From positions 1 through 64,000 of the forward strand of contig NW_026852923.1 of assembly GCF_026571515.1 (NCBI RefSeq): a DNA stretch of 64,000 nt, in the 5' to 3' direction. This DNA is from Ruditapes philippinarum. Its lineage: Eukaryota. The stretch's first letter is position 1. Every line of letters begins with the position of its first letter. The notes beneath the pieces were generated by a model. The model did not search any database. It saw nothing but the letters and a program-made list of their open reading frames with translations, and was not told the DNA's origin. Below, piece by piece: positions 1 to 13,237 of this stretch. The position numbers were made by a program, and so were the translations under genes.

Positions 1-150
1 AAAAAAATCTTATTAGAGCTAGAGCTTAGATATTTAATTCATGAAACATCTTAAAAATGGGTTTCTACCAAGTTTGTTTAAATAAAAGCCCCTGGTTAAA
101 GCCCCAGGGGGTATATACAGGTGAGCGATTCAGGCCATCATGGCCCTCTT
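1..150 (+). mobile_element. 3' end of a Helentron/HINE-like interspersed element (cut by window start)
   Basis: Ends in caggtgagcgattcaggccatcatggccctctt with a terminal stem-loop (ggcca-tca-tggcc) followed by ctctt. This is the same end architecture as the elements at 248-1146 and 2356-3827. Confidence 0.55.
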
Positions 151-247
151 TTATATAATACCTGTGAAAGTTTGTGTTTTAAAATTCCGTTTCATAAAAC
201 AATGAAGTATAATTTTGATGCTTCACATAACTGGATGTTCTTTTTTT

Positions 248-1146
248 TAGCTCGACTTTCTATGAAAAGGGGAGCTATCCTACTCGCCCCGCGTCGGCGT
301 CGGCGTTGGCGTCGGCTGGCGTCACACCTTGGTTAAGTTTTTCGTACCACCCCACTTTATTTCAGAAGTATTACAAGTATGGCTTTGAAACTTACCCAAA
401 ATACTTGTTCACCATCATAACCTCCATCTACAGACAAGAGTACATAACTCTGTCAAGTTTTTGACAGAATTATGGCCCTTTTTTGACTTAGAAAGTGTAT
501 TGAGCTTGGTTTAAGTTTTTTGTACCACCTCACTTTATTTCAAAACCATTGGAGGTATTGCTTTGAAACTGACCATACTTGTTTACCATCACGACCTTCA
601 TCAACAGACAAGAGGACATAACTCTGTCAAGGTTTTTTGACAGAAAATTATGCCCCTTTTTGACTTAGAAAATACATTGAATATGGGTAAATCCACTTAT
701 TGCCTTAACCCTTTGAGATATTGCTTTGAAACTTTTAATCTATTTCACATCATTACCCCCATCTGTACGCAAGAGAAGGTAACTCTGTCAAGGATTTGTT
801 TTTAAAATTAAGGCCTTTTATCGACTTAGAATCTTGGTTAAGTTTTTAGTACCAGTCCACTTTTTGACTGAAACTGTTTGAGATATTAATTTGAAAGTTG
901 AAATACTTGTTTACAATCATGATTCCCAAAATGTCCAGGACTTAAACATTTCAAACTTTGCTGCAGTGTTTTCAAGGGTATCACACAATTCCAGTAAAAA
1001 AATAATCTTCACTAAATATCTTAATGCTCAGCCATTGTTTCACTTTAAAAATACAGAGATTCTTGTATTGCCTTTTACTGCAAAAACTTTTTTTATTGGC
1101 AAGCAATAAAAAAAGTCGACGCGCTGTCTTACGGACAGCTCTTTGT
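248..1146 (+). mobile_element. Non-autonomous Helentron/HINE-like (DINE-1/pearl-type) element with internal tandem repeats
   Basis: Starts in a T run with tagctcgacttt, then a (ggcgtc)n microsatellite at about 290-324 and about 4 core repeats of 150-180 bp (ggttaagtttt...cataactctgtcaag...gacttagaa). Subterminal inverted aaagtcgac at 1112-1120 and 3' hairpin gctgtc-ttacg-gacagc followed by tctttgttt. Confidence 0.75.
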
Positions 1147-1169
1147 TTTCCTATGGTTATTTTTAAGAG

Positions 1170-1366
1170 TAACCCTTTAACCTATTGGACTTTGTGTATA
1201 GATTAGCTCTATTATAAAATTAAAAAAAAGTCTATTAAAGTTCAATTGAAAAAACAAAAATTAGACTGACTACAGAATAGGCCAGGCCCCAAACTGCACA
1301 GATGTTCAAGGCTGCTTAGCTTGCAACTGGTGGTTCTCTTGCGGGCTCCAGCTGGTTAAGGGTTAA
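1170..1366. mobile_element. Degenerate MITE of the taaccct...agggttaa family
   Basis: Termini taaccctttaacc / ggttaagggttaa. Internal aggccaggcccc...ctgcacagatg motif resembles the copies at 14905-15128, ~27790-27950 and ~56220-56410. Confidence 0.45.
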
Positions 1367-2355
1367 CATAGGATGTGTGCTGCAATCATATGCAGGACTT
1401 GTATGTTTTATATTAAATTATAAAATATTTCATATATATATATTTCAGTGTTTATGGGAATTTAGAATATCTTCAAGTCTGTTCCACAATTAGATATCTG
1501 ATAGCTATAAAATATGAAGAGTAAAGTTAACATATATTGGTAAATCATAATGATTATTATAATTTATATTTGGGCCAATAGGGAAGGGGATGGGGCTGGA
1601 ATTTTGGCACATGTAAAATCTGAAAATTTTTACTTGTGTAAGCTGTGACTGATAATTTGTGTTTTACTCTTATTTTATAAAAGAAAATTATGAAGAATTA
1701 TTGAATTTAGATAAACATGTTTGAACAGTTTTTTATTGAGAATTTAATATTTGATAAGTGTAGGTATTTTCGTTTAACCAATAAATGGAGGGGGGAAAAA
1801 AATTTAAGAAAATAGATGGGGAAAAAAATTATATGCTCAGAACAGGGTCAATTGCTTTGGTATTAATTCATTTAATGTTACGCTCAATGAATTCTGAAGA
1901 AGTAGTTTAAAGTTTACCTATGTTGGATTCGATATTATATATATTATGTATTTATGCTGAAGTACTTCGATATTTTGATAAAAATTTCTCATTACCCAAC
2001 TTGTAAGATCCTGCTATAACTGACACCTGCAAAAGGAGTGTAATAAATAAATTTAGAAAAAAATTTAAAATAACACAGAAAGGGGCATAAAACAAGCAAT
2101 ATTTTCGCCACCTCTGCATGGTTTCTCCCAGTCCCAGACACTGCGCTTACAGATTGGCATTTACTTTGCTCGTGAAATATTTGCCAGTTATGCTTCCTGT
2201 CGTCAAAAACTTTAACTGCTTACATGAAAACTTCATTTATTGAAAAATATTTCTTAGATATTTTGGCAGGTTGGTACCGTCATAGACCCTCTACTTGTTT
2301 GTCAAAACAACATTTGGGAGTATCCATCAGTAGAACTTACATTCATGTCATTTGT

Positions 2356-3827
2356 TTAGCTCGACTATTCGAAGAATATGAAAGCTATTGTAGTTCGCCA
2401 CCGGTGTCGCGGTCAGCGCCGCGTCGGCGTCTGTGTTGGTTTAAAGTTTTTGTAAAAAGTCAAATATCTCAATTATTACTTGAGATTCAATTGAAACTTA
2501 CAATACTTATTTATCGTAACAAGGTACAATCACATTGACAAGTTGGATAACTCTGCCTACAATATTGACAGATTATGGCCCCTTTTCTAACTTAGAAAAT
2601 TTTGGTTAAAAGTTTTTTTGTAAAGTCAAATATCTCAATTATTGGTTGAGATATTCAATTGAAACTTACAATACTTATTTGTAGTAACAAGGTACATCAG
2701 ATTGACAAGTTGGATAACTCTGCCTACAATATTGACAGAATTATGCCCTTTTTAACTTAGAAATTTTGGTTAAAAAGTTTTTTTAAAGTCAAATATCTCA
2801 TTATTGCTTGAGATATTCAATTGAACTTACAGTACTTATTTATAGTAACAAGGTACATCAGATTGACAAGTGGATAACTCTGCTACAATATTGACAAAAT
2901 TATGCCCTTTGGAACTTAGAATTTTTGGTTAAAGTTTTTTGTAAAAACAAATGTCTCAATTATTGCTTGAGATATTTCAATTTTGAAATTTAAAAATACT
3001 TTTTTATAGTAACATGTACATCAGTTTTTGCAAAATTGCAAATAACTCTGCCCTGCAATTTTGCAAATTATTTGCCCCTTTGAAACTTAGAAATTTTGGT
3101 TTAAGTTAAAAGGTTTTCAAAAGATAATTTACTTGAAACTTTAACACATATCACATTAGTGTCATAATGGAAGGTCATAATTGTATGTCACTGACCAAGT
3201 TCCATAACTCTATCTTGCATTAAGGCTGATTCATATCCCCTTTTATACTTAGTCTCTTGGTTTTAATGTTACATGCAATTTTTTAAATATCTCAAATAAC
3301 TAATAAGATATTTATTTAAAACTTCACATATGACTTAGGGTCATAATTGTAGGTCACTGACAAAGATCCATAATTCTATCTTGCATTTAGGCGATTTTTT
3401 CTCCCCTTTTTTTCAAAACTTAAAATTCATGGTAAAGTTTGCTTGTAAGCTGTTTTATAATCAACAACTACTGAAAGGGTTTGTGCCTTTTTTGGGACAA
3501 TTCATTGCATTCATGATAAATAAAGCAGTGATTTACTTGATAAAACATCTTAATAACAGCCTTTGTACCTTTTCTATCAAAATTTATGTATCATAGTAAT
3601 TTTAATATTATTATACTCAATAAAAACACCCTTGTGACATTTCCTTCCGAATAGTCAAGCCAATACTTATAATTAGGACTCTCTCTAAAGGTCTATAACA
3701 ATGAATTTATAAAAAAAAATTTTAGCCCTTTTGTGAACTTAAAAAAAAATTTAACATTATCAGGCTGCCTTTTACTATCAAGCACTTAGTAATAGTCGAG
3801 CGTGCTGTCCTACAACGCAGCTCTTGT
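2356..3827 (+). mobile_element. HINE-like element with about 7 internal ~160-bp tandem repeats
   Basis: Perfect 10-bp subterminal inverted repeat ctcgactatt (2360-2369) / aatagtcgag (3791-3800). GC-rich cgcgtcggcgtc microsatellite remnant near the 5' end. Core repeats start at ~2438, 2603, 2768, 2927 and 3098 and decay towards the 3' end, which reads gctgtcctacaacgcagctcttgtt. Confidence 0.78.
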
Positions 3828-3857
3828 TACTAATGTTTTTATTATCTCTTCCTTCAG

Positions 3858-3980
3858 ATATGTAAGTGATTTGCCTTGAATCATTGAAGATAATATTGGA
3901 AAGAAATTTCGGGCCTCTGATTAAGGCTAACCTTACTGCACCCCCCCAGCCAAGGAGTGGATCTGTCTCGTGAAAGAAAG
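3858..3980 (+). other. Candidate non-coding exon (UTR or lncRNA)
   Basis: Strong acceptor tctcttccttcag| and donor aag|gtaaat enclose 123 nt of higher-GC unique sequence. All three frames contain stops. Confidence 0.3.
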
Positions 3981-6081
3981 GTAAATATAACCATGTTTGC
4001 AATTCTCTGTATCACATAAGCCATGGCGCAGGAATGAAAAAACCATTTAAATAAAAACCAAATATTTCCGCTGGTGCTAGGTGTCCCATAAAAGATGTTT
4101 CTTTTTGCAGTGTCTTTTATGAATCTGGGGTTTTCATTATGAACAGATTGCTGATCTATATATTCAGAATGACTCATAGGTATGTGCAGGCTGGCTTTAC
4201 TATTTACTAATGACTTTATTGAAAGGGTTAAACTGCCAATGAACAACTCCTTATTTAAAGATATAAGAAATTCATTATACAATAATAGAAAAGTTGAAAG
4301 TGTATTGAATCTTGGACTGATTAAGAGCAAGTTAAATGTCTAGCACATCTACGTTTGATGAGTGAATGAATTGTTGGTAGATTTTTTCAATATTTTTTGA
4401 AGGATGTTTAGCAGTAAAAAGTTTTTCACATGGGATGGGACTGAGAATACATTCTCTGTTGTATAGTAATTAAACATTTACTTAACAAAAGCGCTTGTCT
4501 CTTAATGTTGCGTAGAAATGAAAAGATTGGGTTTTTAACTAGGAATGTAAAAAGGTCTGTGACTGTCATAAAAAACAATTTAAGCGGAAAAAAAAGAATG
4601 TTATACGCTTGGCTTCCATCTCTAAGGTTGTATATTCAAAATGATTCTCAGTCTATAGTTGCTAAAGAGGTATTTGATTTAATTGATATATTTGAAGAGT
4701 CAAGTTAGTGCCAGAGGACCACAGTCAGATTCCATGTCACTGGATCTTGCTAATAAGAAGCATTGCTGAGATTAAGTTTTTCAAACCAGTAGTTTCATTA
4801 CCAAATTTATATTATGAATGGTTTTACGCGCTTGCCCCTCTAAATTTTGTAGCCCAGAATCATTTAGCTTATGGTCGGTCTTCATTGTCACTCCTCCTGT
4901 AGACATGGCCATTACCATGTGGTATAAATTGAAGATGTCATTTTTTTAAGCCATTTTCTTTATGACTGTGTAATGAATAAATTACTTTGGCTCGAATTCT
5001 GACAGTCAAAGTTTAAGGGATTTTAATATTTAAAATTGATTAAAGTATAAAACTACAAAGGAAACTATAAACACAAAATCAATTTTCCAGCATTTTTGCT
5101 AAAATCTCAAATGTATAATTCTAATACTCTCTGCCGGCTGTATGCACTTTACTGTAAAAAGTTTTTCTGCTATTTATTAACATAATTGTCACCGAAAATC
5201 CATTCAGATGCAAAATATCTTATTTTACCTGAAACAAACTTATTTCACTCAAAATGAAAACTATTCAATTGAACATATATTCATTTTTAATTTTTATTTT
5301 TTTTTAGAAAATGGGGCATTTTAACTGTTAGAAAGTAGGTTTCCAATTAAAAACAAAAAAAACAAACATATAAATGTATAAATTCTTTTTCTTTTTTTTT
5401 TCTAAACAAGGGAAAGTAAACCATACCATTCAAAACAATTAGTTATTTTTTTAAGAGTAACTCCCCTTTGTCTTACAAAAACTAAAATATTTGAAACTAA
5501 AAAAAAACTACTACTAAGCTTAAAAAGTTATCAAAATTAATTATGCTCTCTGGGCAAAAACTGGCTAGTGATTCTTCAGTGTTACATACTTAATGTAAAG
5601 GCTTTTTTGTTCCTCTTAGTATATTTATTTGTTGAACAGTAAATCTATGTAGAAACTTTGCATGGACAACAAACCATGAAATATGAGGTTTGATTAGTCC
5701 AAAGTCAATGACACTTAAGTTTAAAATAATTTTTTCAATTTTCTTCATGGAGCATTTATGTATTTATTACTTACATCTGAAACATTTTTAATTAAAGGTA
5801 CCTTTTCAATGGGATTTTTTCACATTTTATCAATCAATTTTGATCAAAATTTTGGTATTTGGGAAGAAAAAATACTCATATTTTTCTGATATTATTGATA
5901 ATTTAGAAAAATTGTGTTATTTTCCTTTCCCCAATTTTTCTATTTGGGGTTAAAATTAATGGTCAAGGGCACTAGGGTTAAAAAAATTTTCATTTTGCAA
6001 TGATTTAACTGTGAAAGTGTGCCCAATCCCCTTTAGTTTTAATGACAGTATATGATATTATTACCTTACATAACCCTTATT

Positions 6082-6300
6082 CATATAGTGACTTACCAGC
6101 TTAAATGGTTAGGGAAGACCTCAGGTGCTTCTCCGTGATTTCAGGCATGAACAGGCACCTGAGTAGAACCACCGACGTTCGTAAGCTAGCTGGATGACTT
6201 CCTCACATGAAAAAATTAAAAGTCCTTGTCAGGGATTGGAATCAACACTGGTGAGGGGCAAATGGTTTAAAGTCAATGACCATAACCACTCAGCCACAGA
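6082..6300 (-). mobile_element. tRNA-derived SINE, near full length
   Basis: The reverse strand reads tgtggctgagtggttat (A box), then tgtgaggaagtcatccagctagcttacgaacgtcggtggttctactcaggtgcc, then gcacctgaggtcttcc. Colinear with the copy at 6721-6980. Confidence 0.8.
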
Positions 6301-6720
6301 TTTACTATAGTCTATAACAAAAATATAATAATATACATAAAGAAATAAACAGTCATAAAAATAAGGAAACAAACTAAGGTTGGCAAGTCAAGCGAGTAAT
6401 TTAAATGTTTTCACTATGAATTGTTGATTTTAAGTAGTCGAGTTGAAAATCTTCTAGGTTATCTTTGCTGTAGGGTTAATGCTAATTTTTAACCAGTGCT
6501 ATTTTCAACCACTGCACAAGTTAAGTTTGTCCTTGAGAAAAGTTTAAAATTTTTATTGAATTCATCACAAGAACCTTTAAGGGGAAAATAAAAATTTTTA
6601 ATTTAAAGTTTTTTTCCCACTTTTTTAAAAAAATAAAGGTACACAGTCATGTACTAGATTTTTACCAGTCCTTATGAAGGTGAAAAACTTTAGTTTCCTG
6701 TACATATACATCATTTCATA

Positions 6721-6980
6721 GGGGTGTCCAGGGCTGAGTGGTTAAGGTCTTGGAACCACTTTTCCTTCACTGCTGTGGGTTCCAATCCTGCAAGGGACTT
6801 TGGATTCTTTCATGTGAGGGAGCTATTCAGCTGGCTAACAAAATGTCAATGGTTCTACTCAGATGCATGTGTGTGCCTGAAATAATGCATGAAAAGGCAT
6901 CTGAGGTCTCCCTCTACCACTGAAGCTAGAAAGTTAGAAAGTTGCCATATGATCTATTACGCGTCAATGTGATTAAAGAC
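6721..6980 (+). mobile_element. tRNA-derived SINE, same family
   Basis: A box ggctgagtggtt, B box gggttccaatcc, body tcatgtgagg...ggttctactcagatg...ctgaaataatgcatg...tgaggtctccctctacca...gaaagttgccatatgatct. Confidence 0.8.
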
Positions 6981-9900
6981 CACAACCATCTCAAACCATA
7001 CCCCCCATCCCAAACCCACCAAAAGTGTATAGATTTCAAAGTCACAGACAGGATTCTTAACAACTCATTGCAAGTGATTTGAAGTTAAGGGTCTCCACTG
7101 AGATTTTAATCATGATGGTTCTTGAAATATTTTTTTTTTGTGATTTGTGTGTTTGTCTGGACAAATATTTTGTGTTCCAGATTTAAGATCATTTGCTAAT
7201 TGTTTAACTAGAATAGTAATTTAAGTTGTGCAAAATGACTAAAACATAAAAAGCATTTAATTGCTTAGAATTTCAATGGATCTAAGAATCCCCTCAAAAA
7301 TCGTATTTTAGAGCAGGTTTCAATATTACTGAATTTGCAAGAAGTCTGATTTAATTGATATTTTCTTTAATAAGCTATAGTTTTCAAAGTAAGATCAAAA
7401 TGTTTACTGTTTTAATGTACAAATATACATGTATACACAGATGAGCATCTTACACCTATGTTTTTACATTGCTTAAGGTGACATTTTGACAACGTTAATT
7501 TATAACTTGTTTTTGTAAGTAATGAGTTGAAAGATCGGTTAATAATTCATAAAATGTTTGCCTTTCTGTAACCATGGTAATTTTAAAAATAACATACATG
7601 TATTGGTATATTGAAAAGATTTATCTGTGCGACAAGTATAAATTGTCAGACCAACCTGTACATTCATAGCAATCAGACTCTTTGTTTTTTGCTGTTGATA
7701 ATTTGCTGTTGATTATTTAATTTGTCCCACTTTGATAGTTTCAATCCGTAACATTTAACAATGGACTAGCCTTAAATTCCAAGCAGGGCATGTCCATTAT
7801 ACAAATATAGCTTTATAATTATTAAGTAATTTTGAACATTTATATACAAGCCAATGAAATCTTTCCTTAATACAAAAACTGTTGAATGGCTGTCTAGTGA
7901 TGGAGATCTCTGACTTAAAATAAAAGGCATGTGTCCTTTCTCTGGTTAAGGTTTTGTAAGTGATAAGGAAGATGTTGGCCTTTATGTGAGGAAGGTTTGC
8001 AATTATCTGATAGATATTGAAGGTCTACTCTGGCCAGGTGCCTGCTTGTGGCTGAAATAATGCATGGGAGTAGTCATAAAAGTATTCCTTTACAAACACT
8101 GTTGAAAAAGTCATCATGTCTAAAATGTCATCATGTGATTTTGTCTAAAAAGATCACTGTATGTGGTCATGTCTTTAAGAAAAAAATCACCAAAGAGCTA
8201 AAGAAAAATGCATGATACTTAGTTAAATTGAAGGGTTTATTTTATTTCCACAAAATTTGATATTTTAAAAGAATGAAAAGGCCAGGGAACTTCATCTCCT
8301 TTTGAGGAGCAGAGGCCTATTTACATTAAGGTGCTTGCTTATCAACCCAGAGATCATAGGTGTCAGTCTTAATGGGATCATTGCCATATTAACTTCTTTA
8401 TAATAAGTGTTTGTTAGTTTTAGGAAGCAGATATAATAATGTCCATGTGAGATTGGGTTTTACCATTATCTCTTGAAGTTTAATTTTTCTATATATTATA
8501 AATTTTGTAGAAAGTTTGTTGTTAAAAAGAAAATTTATTAGCTAGGTACCTCAGACCACTTTGGCTTGTCAGGCAAGTGTGTCTGGGAGAATAAAATAAG
8601 TATGTTGTTAATCATGATATTGGAAATACGTTTTCTACTTCCAGGTATAGGAAATGCAATGGTTGCTATAAACATTTAATGGACATACGAACAATCGTGG
8701 ACAAAAAATCATCAATAACGGGCAAAGTTGGACACACATTCAGACAATTACAGATTTTACTAGGATCATTAGATTGATACCAAGTTTGTGACTTAACCTT
8801 CTTCTTCTTCTGCCAATATTGTCTCGATAGCATCAGAATTGATCTGTTAAGTGAAGGAATTTTATAGATGTGCATTGCTCGGGAGATTTTTGAGGAAACT
8901 TTTTGTGTTCTCCTGATGTTTTGAAGTCGGAATATAGCGAAATTGTTTGATAATATTGTATATTATTTTTAAATATAAATTCACAGGGTGTCATTTTTTG
9001 ACAGCTTAGGATCTGTTAAGGAGATAAATTATATATGCAATATTATAATTGTGATAATAATAATTTTATTATAAGAATCGAAATGTCGAGGGGAATTGAT
9101 ACAAAATGAGTGCTGAAGAAGAAAAAAACGTGATATATATTATGATGATAAATCTAGTGCTGAAAAATGTACTTTCATTTTGAAAAGTGTGACTACTATG
9201 TGTGATACAACAAATACATAATGGAAGACAGTAACCAAGTTGTAGAGTTATAAATGTGATATTAATTTGGATGTAGGCATGGGATAGGTGAATTAGTATT
9301 AACTATTATTACCAGAGGAAAGTAACATGACTTCTTATAGATAACTAATTATTAAAAAAATGACCAAAGATAAGTCAGTTCTATAAAAAAAAGTGTGTTT
9401 TATATATTTATATAATTATGTTTGTTTCAATACTTTGAATGAGTTGTATATATATTGTAAAAACAAATGCTGCTTCTATGAGAGCAATTTGCAAATTTAT
9501 CCATGGGGGATTCAAGTGCGACCCCATATGGATTCTATACAGGATCCCATCATGACATCACATATGGATCACAATGAATTATAACATATGGATTCTTTAA
9601 AGAATCTGTAAATGCATCATAATGATCTTTAAGTTTTACAAATATTGAATATTCATCACAGCCATGGATCATTGATAATAATGCAATTGTACGTGGATCA
9701 TAATAAATTTTGATTTTTTTTATCCCTAATGAAAAGTTGGATTATGATGTATTTTAAGTGTGGATTACTAAAAAATTTTGATCACTGATCAATGTTTACA
9801 TCACAAGGTATCTCAACTGTGGATCACTGTAAACTCTTAAGATAGATCAATATTTATGCCCTTTGCAAGTTAAGATCACAATGTGTTCTTTATTATTCTT

Positions 9901-10119
9901 CTTGTGAGCATATTTTCCTTTTATTTCTCACTTTTGGGTTTTTGTACATGGACTGTCTCTTTTACACATGTGAGTTAATATGGCAACCCAGTTTATCACC
10001 TATTTTACATTGGTTGATTATTGTTAATTCATGACCCTTAGCTACGCTTTTATTTATTTATGTTTAAAAATCAGCTTTAGTTACTCCAGGTGGGCTAAAC
10101 ATTAAATATGAATTTGATG

Positions 10120-10555
10120 GTGGACTGGGTGTGGATTAATAGGTTTGAGTGTGGATAGAATAGACTTGCGTGTGGATAGAATAAGTGGGTGTGGTTGCAG
10201 ACTGAGAGTGTGGATAGATAAGACTGGGTTGTGGATAAGACTGGGTTGTGGATAGACAAGACTTGGTTGTTTATAGATAAGACTGGGATGTGGATAGATA
10301 AGACTTGAATGTAGATAGATAAGTTGTGGATAGATGAGACTGGTGTGTGGATAAATAAGACTGGAATGTGGATAGATAAGACTGGGGTGTGGATAGATAA
10401 AAGTTGAGTGTGGATAGATAAGACTGGGTTGTAGATAGATAAGACTGGAGTGTGGATAGATAAGACTAGGGTGTGGACAGACATGACTTGAATGTAGATA
10501 GATAAGACTATGTGGGAATAGACAAGACTTATATGAGGATAGATAAGACTTTCAT
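10120..10555. repeat. ~21-bp minisatellite (gtggatagataagactgggtt)
   Basis: About 20 degenerate copies. Explains the repetitive ORF 10095-10610. Confidence 0.9.
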
Positions 10556-11013
10556 GTGTATCCCATTGCAATAAATCAGGGAATTGTTCAGAAAAGAAAT
10601 GTCTGTTCACAATTATTATTTATATAAGAGTTAAAACTAGCTGTAAGATCAACATCCACGAAAATGTGTGGATTGGTTTGAAAAACAAATGGAATCATAA
10701 AAATTACATAAATATTGTTTAGTGCCTTTAGATTTCTAGGAGTGAAATGATTTATGAAAATGAAATGCACCAGTTTCTCAGAATGTCCTGCAGCCCCATG
10801 TTCACGGAGTGGGGATAATTAAGAGATTACCTACTCCAGCTTTTGTTTTATGCAACTTAGGTTATAGACATAAGATAAATAAAAAAAATAAACAACAAAA
10901 AAGATTTTGGTGTTCTTGTTGAGATGTGTTGCCATAGAGAGGTTAATTTCAGTGTTAAATTTTAGTTTGGGGAAGATTTGATTGTGTTTTGGTATAGAGG
11001 TTACTGCTCTGCC

Positions 11014-12295
11014 GAGGTCCACTGTATTTATAACTGTTTACAGTTAACCAGTTCATTAGAAGTTACACTGTATTTATAACTGTTTACAGCAAACCAGTCT
11101 ATTAGAAGTTACACTGTATTTATAAAGAGGTCCACTGTATTTATAAAGGTTTACAGTTAACCAGTCCATTAGAGGTAACACTGTATTTATAAAGGTTTAC
11201 AGTAAACCAGTCCATTAGAGGTTACACTGTATTTATGAAGGTTTACAGTAAACCAGTCCATTAGAGGTTACACTGTATTTATGAATGTTTACAGTAAACC
11301 TGTCCATTAGAGTTTACACTGTATTTATAAAGAGGTCCACTGTATTTATAAGGGTTTACAGTCAACCAGTTCATTAGAGGTTACACTGTATTTATAAAGA
11401 GGTTACACTGTATTTATAAACGTTTACAGTAAACCTTCCATTACAGGTTACGCTGTACCAGTTCATTGGAAATAACACTTTATTTATGAAGGTTTACAGT
11501 AAACCTGTCTATTAGAGGTTACACTGTATTTATAAATGTTTACAGTAAACCAATCCATTAGAGGTTACACTGTATTTATAAAGGTTTACAATAAACCAGT
11601 CCATTAGATGTTACACTGTATTTATAAATGTTTATAATAAACCTGTCTTATAGAGGTTACACTGTATTTATAAAGGTTTACAGTAAAACAGTTCATTAGA
11701 GGTTACACTGTATTTATAACTGTTTACAGTAAACCAGTCCATTAGAGGTTACACTGTATTTATAAAGGTTTACAGTAAACCAGTCCATTAGAGGTTACAC
11801 TGTATTTATATTGGTTTACAGGAAAATAGTCCATAAGAGGTTACACTGTATTTATAAAGGTTTACAGTGAACCAGTCCATAAGAGGTTACACTGTATTTA
11901 TAAAGGTTTACAGTAAACCAGTCCATTAGAGGATACACTGTATTTATATTGGTTTACAGGAAAATAGTCCATAAGAGGTTACACTGTATTTATAAAGGTT
12001 TACAGTAAACCAGTCCATAAGAGGTTACACTGTATTTATAAAGGTTTACAGTAAACCAATCCATTAGAGGTTACACTGTATTTATATTTTTTTACAGGAA
12101 AATAGTCCATAAGAGGTTACACTGTATTTATAAAGGTTTACAGTAAACCAGTCCATAAGAGGTTACACTGTATTTATAAAGGTTTACAGTAAACCAGTCC
12201 ATTAGAGGTTACACTGTTTTTATATTGGTTTACAGTAAACCAGTTCATCAAAGGTTACACTGTTTTTATTACGGTTTAAAGTAAACCAGTCCATT
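11014..12295. repeat. 46-bp tandem repeat with 138-bp higher-order trimer
   Basis: Unit gaggttacactgtatttataaaggtttacagtaaaccagtccatta, about 28 copies. The variant ggaaaatagtcc recurs at 11821, 11959 and 12097. Confidence 0.95.
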
Positions 12296-13109
12296 TGTGA
12301 ACATGGTGCCCTAACTGGAATCTTGATCAGAAATGCTATATTTAATGTGACTACATCTCTTTATTACTATTTTATCATTTGTTTATTACCTTGAATTTTT
12401 GCCTTTGGATTATTGTCAACTGTGCCATGTTTTTATATAAAAATTAACATACTTTCTTGAGTGACAATATTAGTTTCTTTATGCATTGTTTTGTAACTAT
12501 CAGATAGAACTCACTTACATGAAAAAAATGCCCATTATCTATTTTTCAGCAACATTGTTTATTGCCTAATTTATATTATCACATCAGCTTATTTATTGCT
12601 GAGTTGGCAAATTTTTAGTACAAAATTATTTGTATTGCTAAGAGTTATTATAGTATTTTTTTTTCTTTGCTAAGTTTAAGACATACTATTTTTTCTTGTA
12701 TAGACACATCTGGTGAAAGGACCTATTCCCATTTTGTAGATATTTGTAGCTATCTTTTCAATAATTTGCCTGTTTTCACAACTTTGGGTTGTTTTTTCCT
12801 CTATTTTAGTAAGTTTTTCTGATACTACAATTAAAAATTTCCCAATGTAGCACACTACATCTTTTTCCCAAAATTGTGTAAAAGAAAAAAAAAGATTTTA
12901 TTATTAGACTATCTAAGACTACTTATTAGCGATGGGGACTAGGTAGTTAAGTGAGTAAAGCTTCAGAAGGTCCTAGGTTCCAGTCCTAGTGAGGCTGCAC
13001 ATGGTTTCACTCTATGACACTGCTTTTAAGTTTCACTATTTGATTTTGTATTATTTTTTTGGTTGTTGAGAATGTTTTCCAAATTAACTTAATTATATCA
13101 TTACCAATA

Positions 13110-13237
13110 TGGACGTCAGTGTTTCTACTCGGGTGCCCATTCATAACTGAATTAATGCATGGAAGGGCACCTGAGGTCTTCCTCTACCAGCAGACCTATA
13201 CTGTGTCATTGTGACCTAAAACCCAAAGAAACAAACC
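13110..13237 (+). mobile_element. SINE 3' fragment
   Basis: tttctactcgggtgccc...gcatggaagggcacctgaggtcttcctctacca...gacctatactgtgtc...aaaacccaaagaaacaaac matches the family body and tail. Confidence 0.75.

Noticed and set aside
3881-4330. 149-aa minus-strand ORF
   Set aside because: Non-ATG start, no recognisable domain or flanking splice sites, and composition typical of AT-rich non-coding DNA.
6721-6800. tRNA gene (A and B boxes)
   Set aside because: No cloverleaf, and it continues into a SINE body found several times in the window.
10095-10610. 171-aa repetitive ORF (VLSIHTP)n
   Set aside because: It is a 21-bp minisatellite read in a stop-free frame, with no splice or homology support.
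11014-12295. Palindromic 46-bp repeat as a CRISPR array
   Set aside because: No variable spacers. It is an ordinary satellite.
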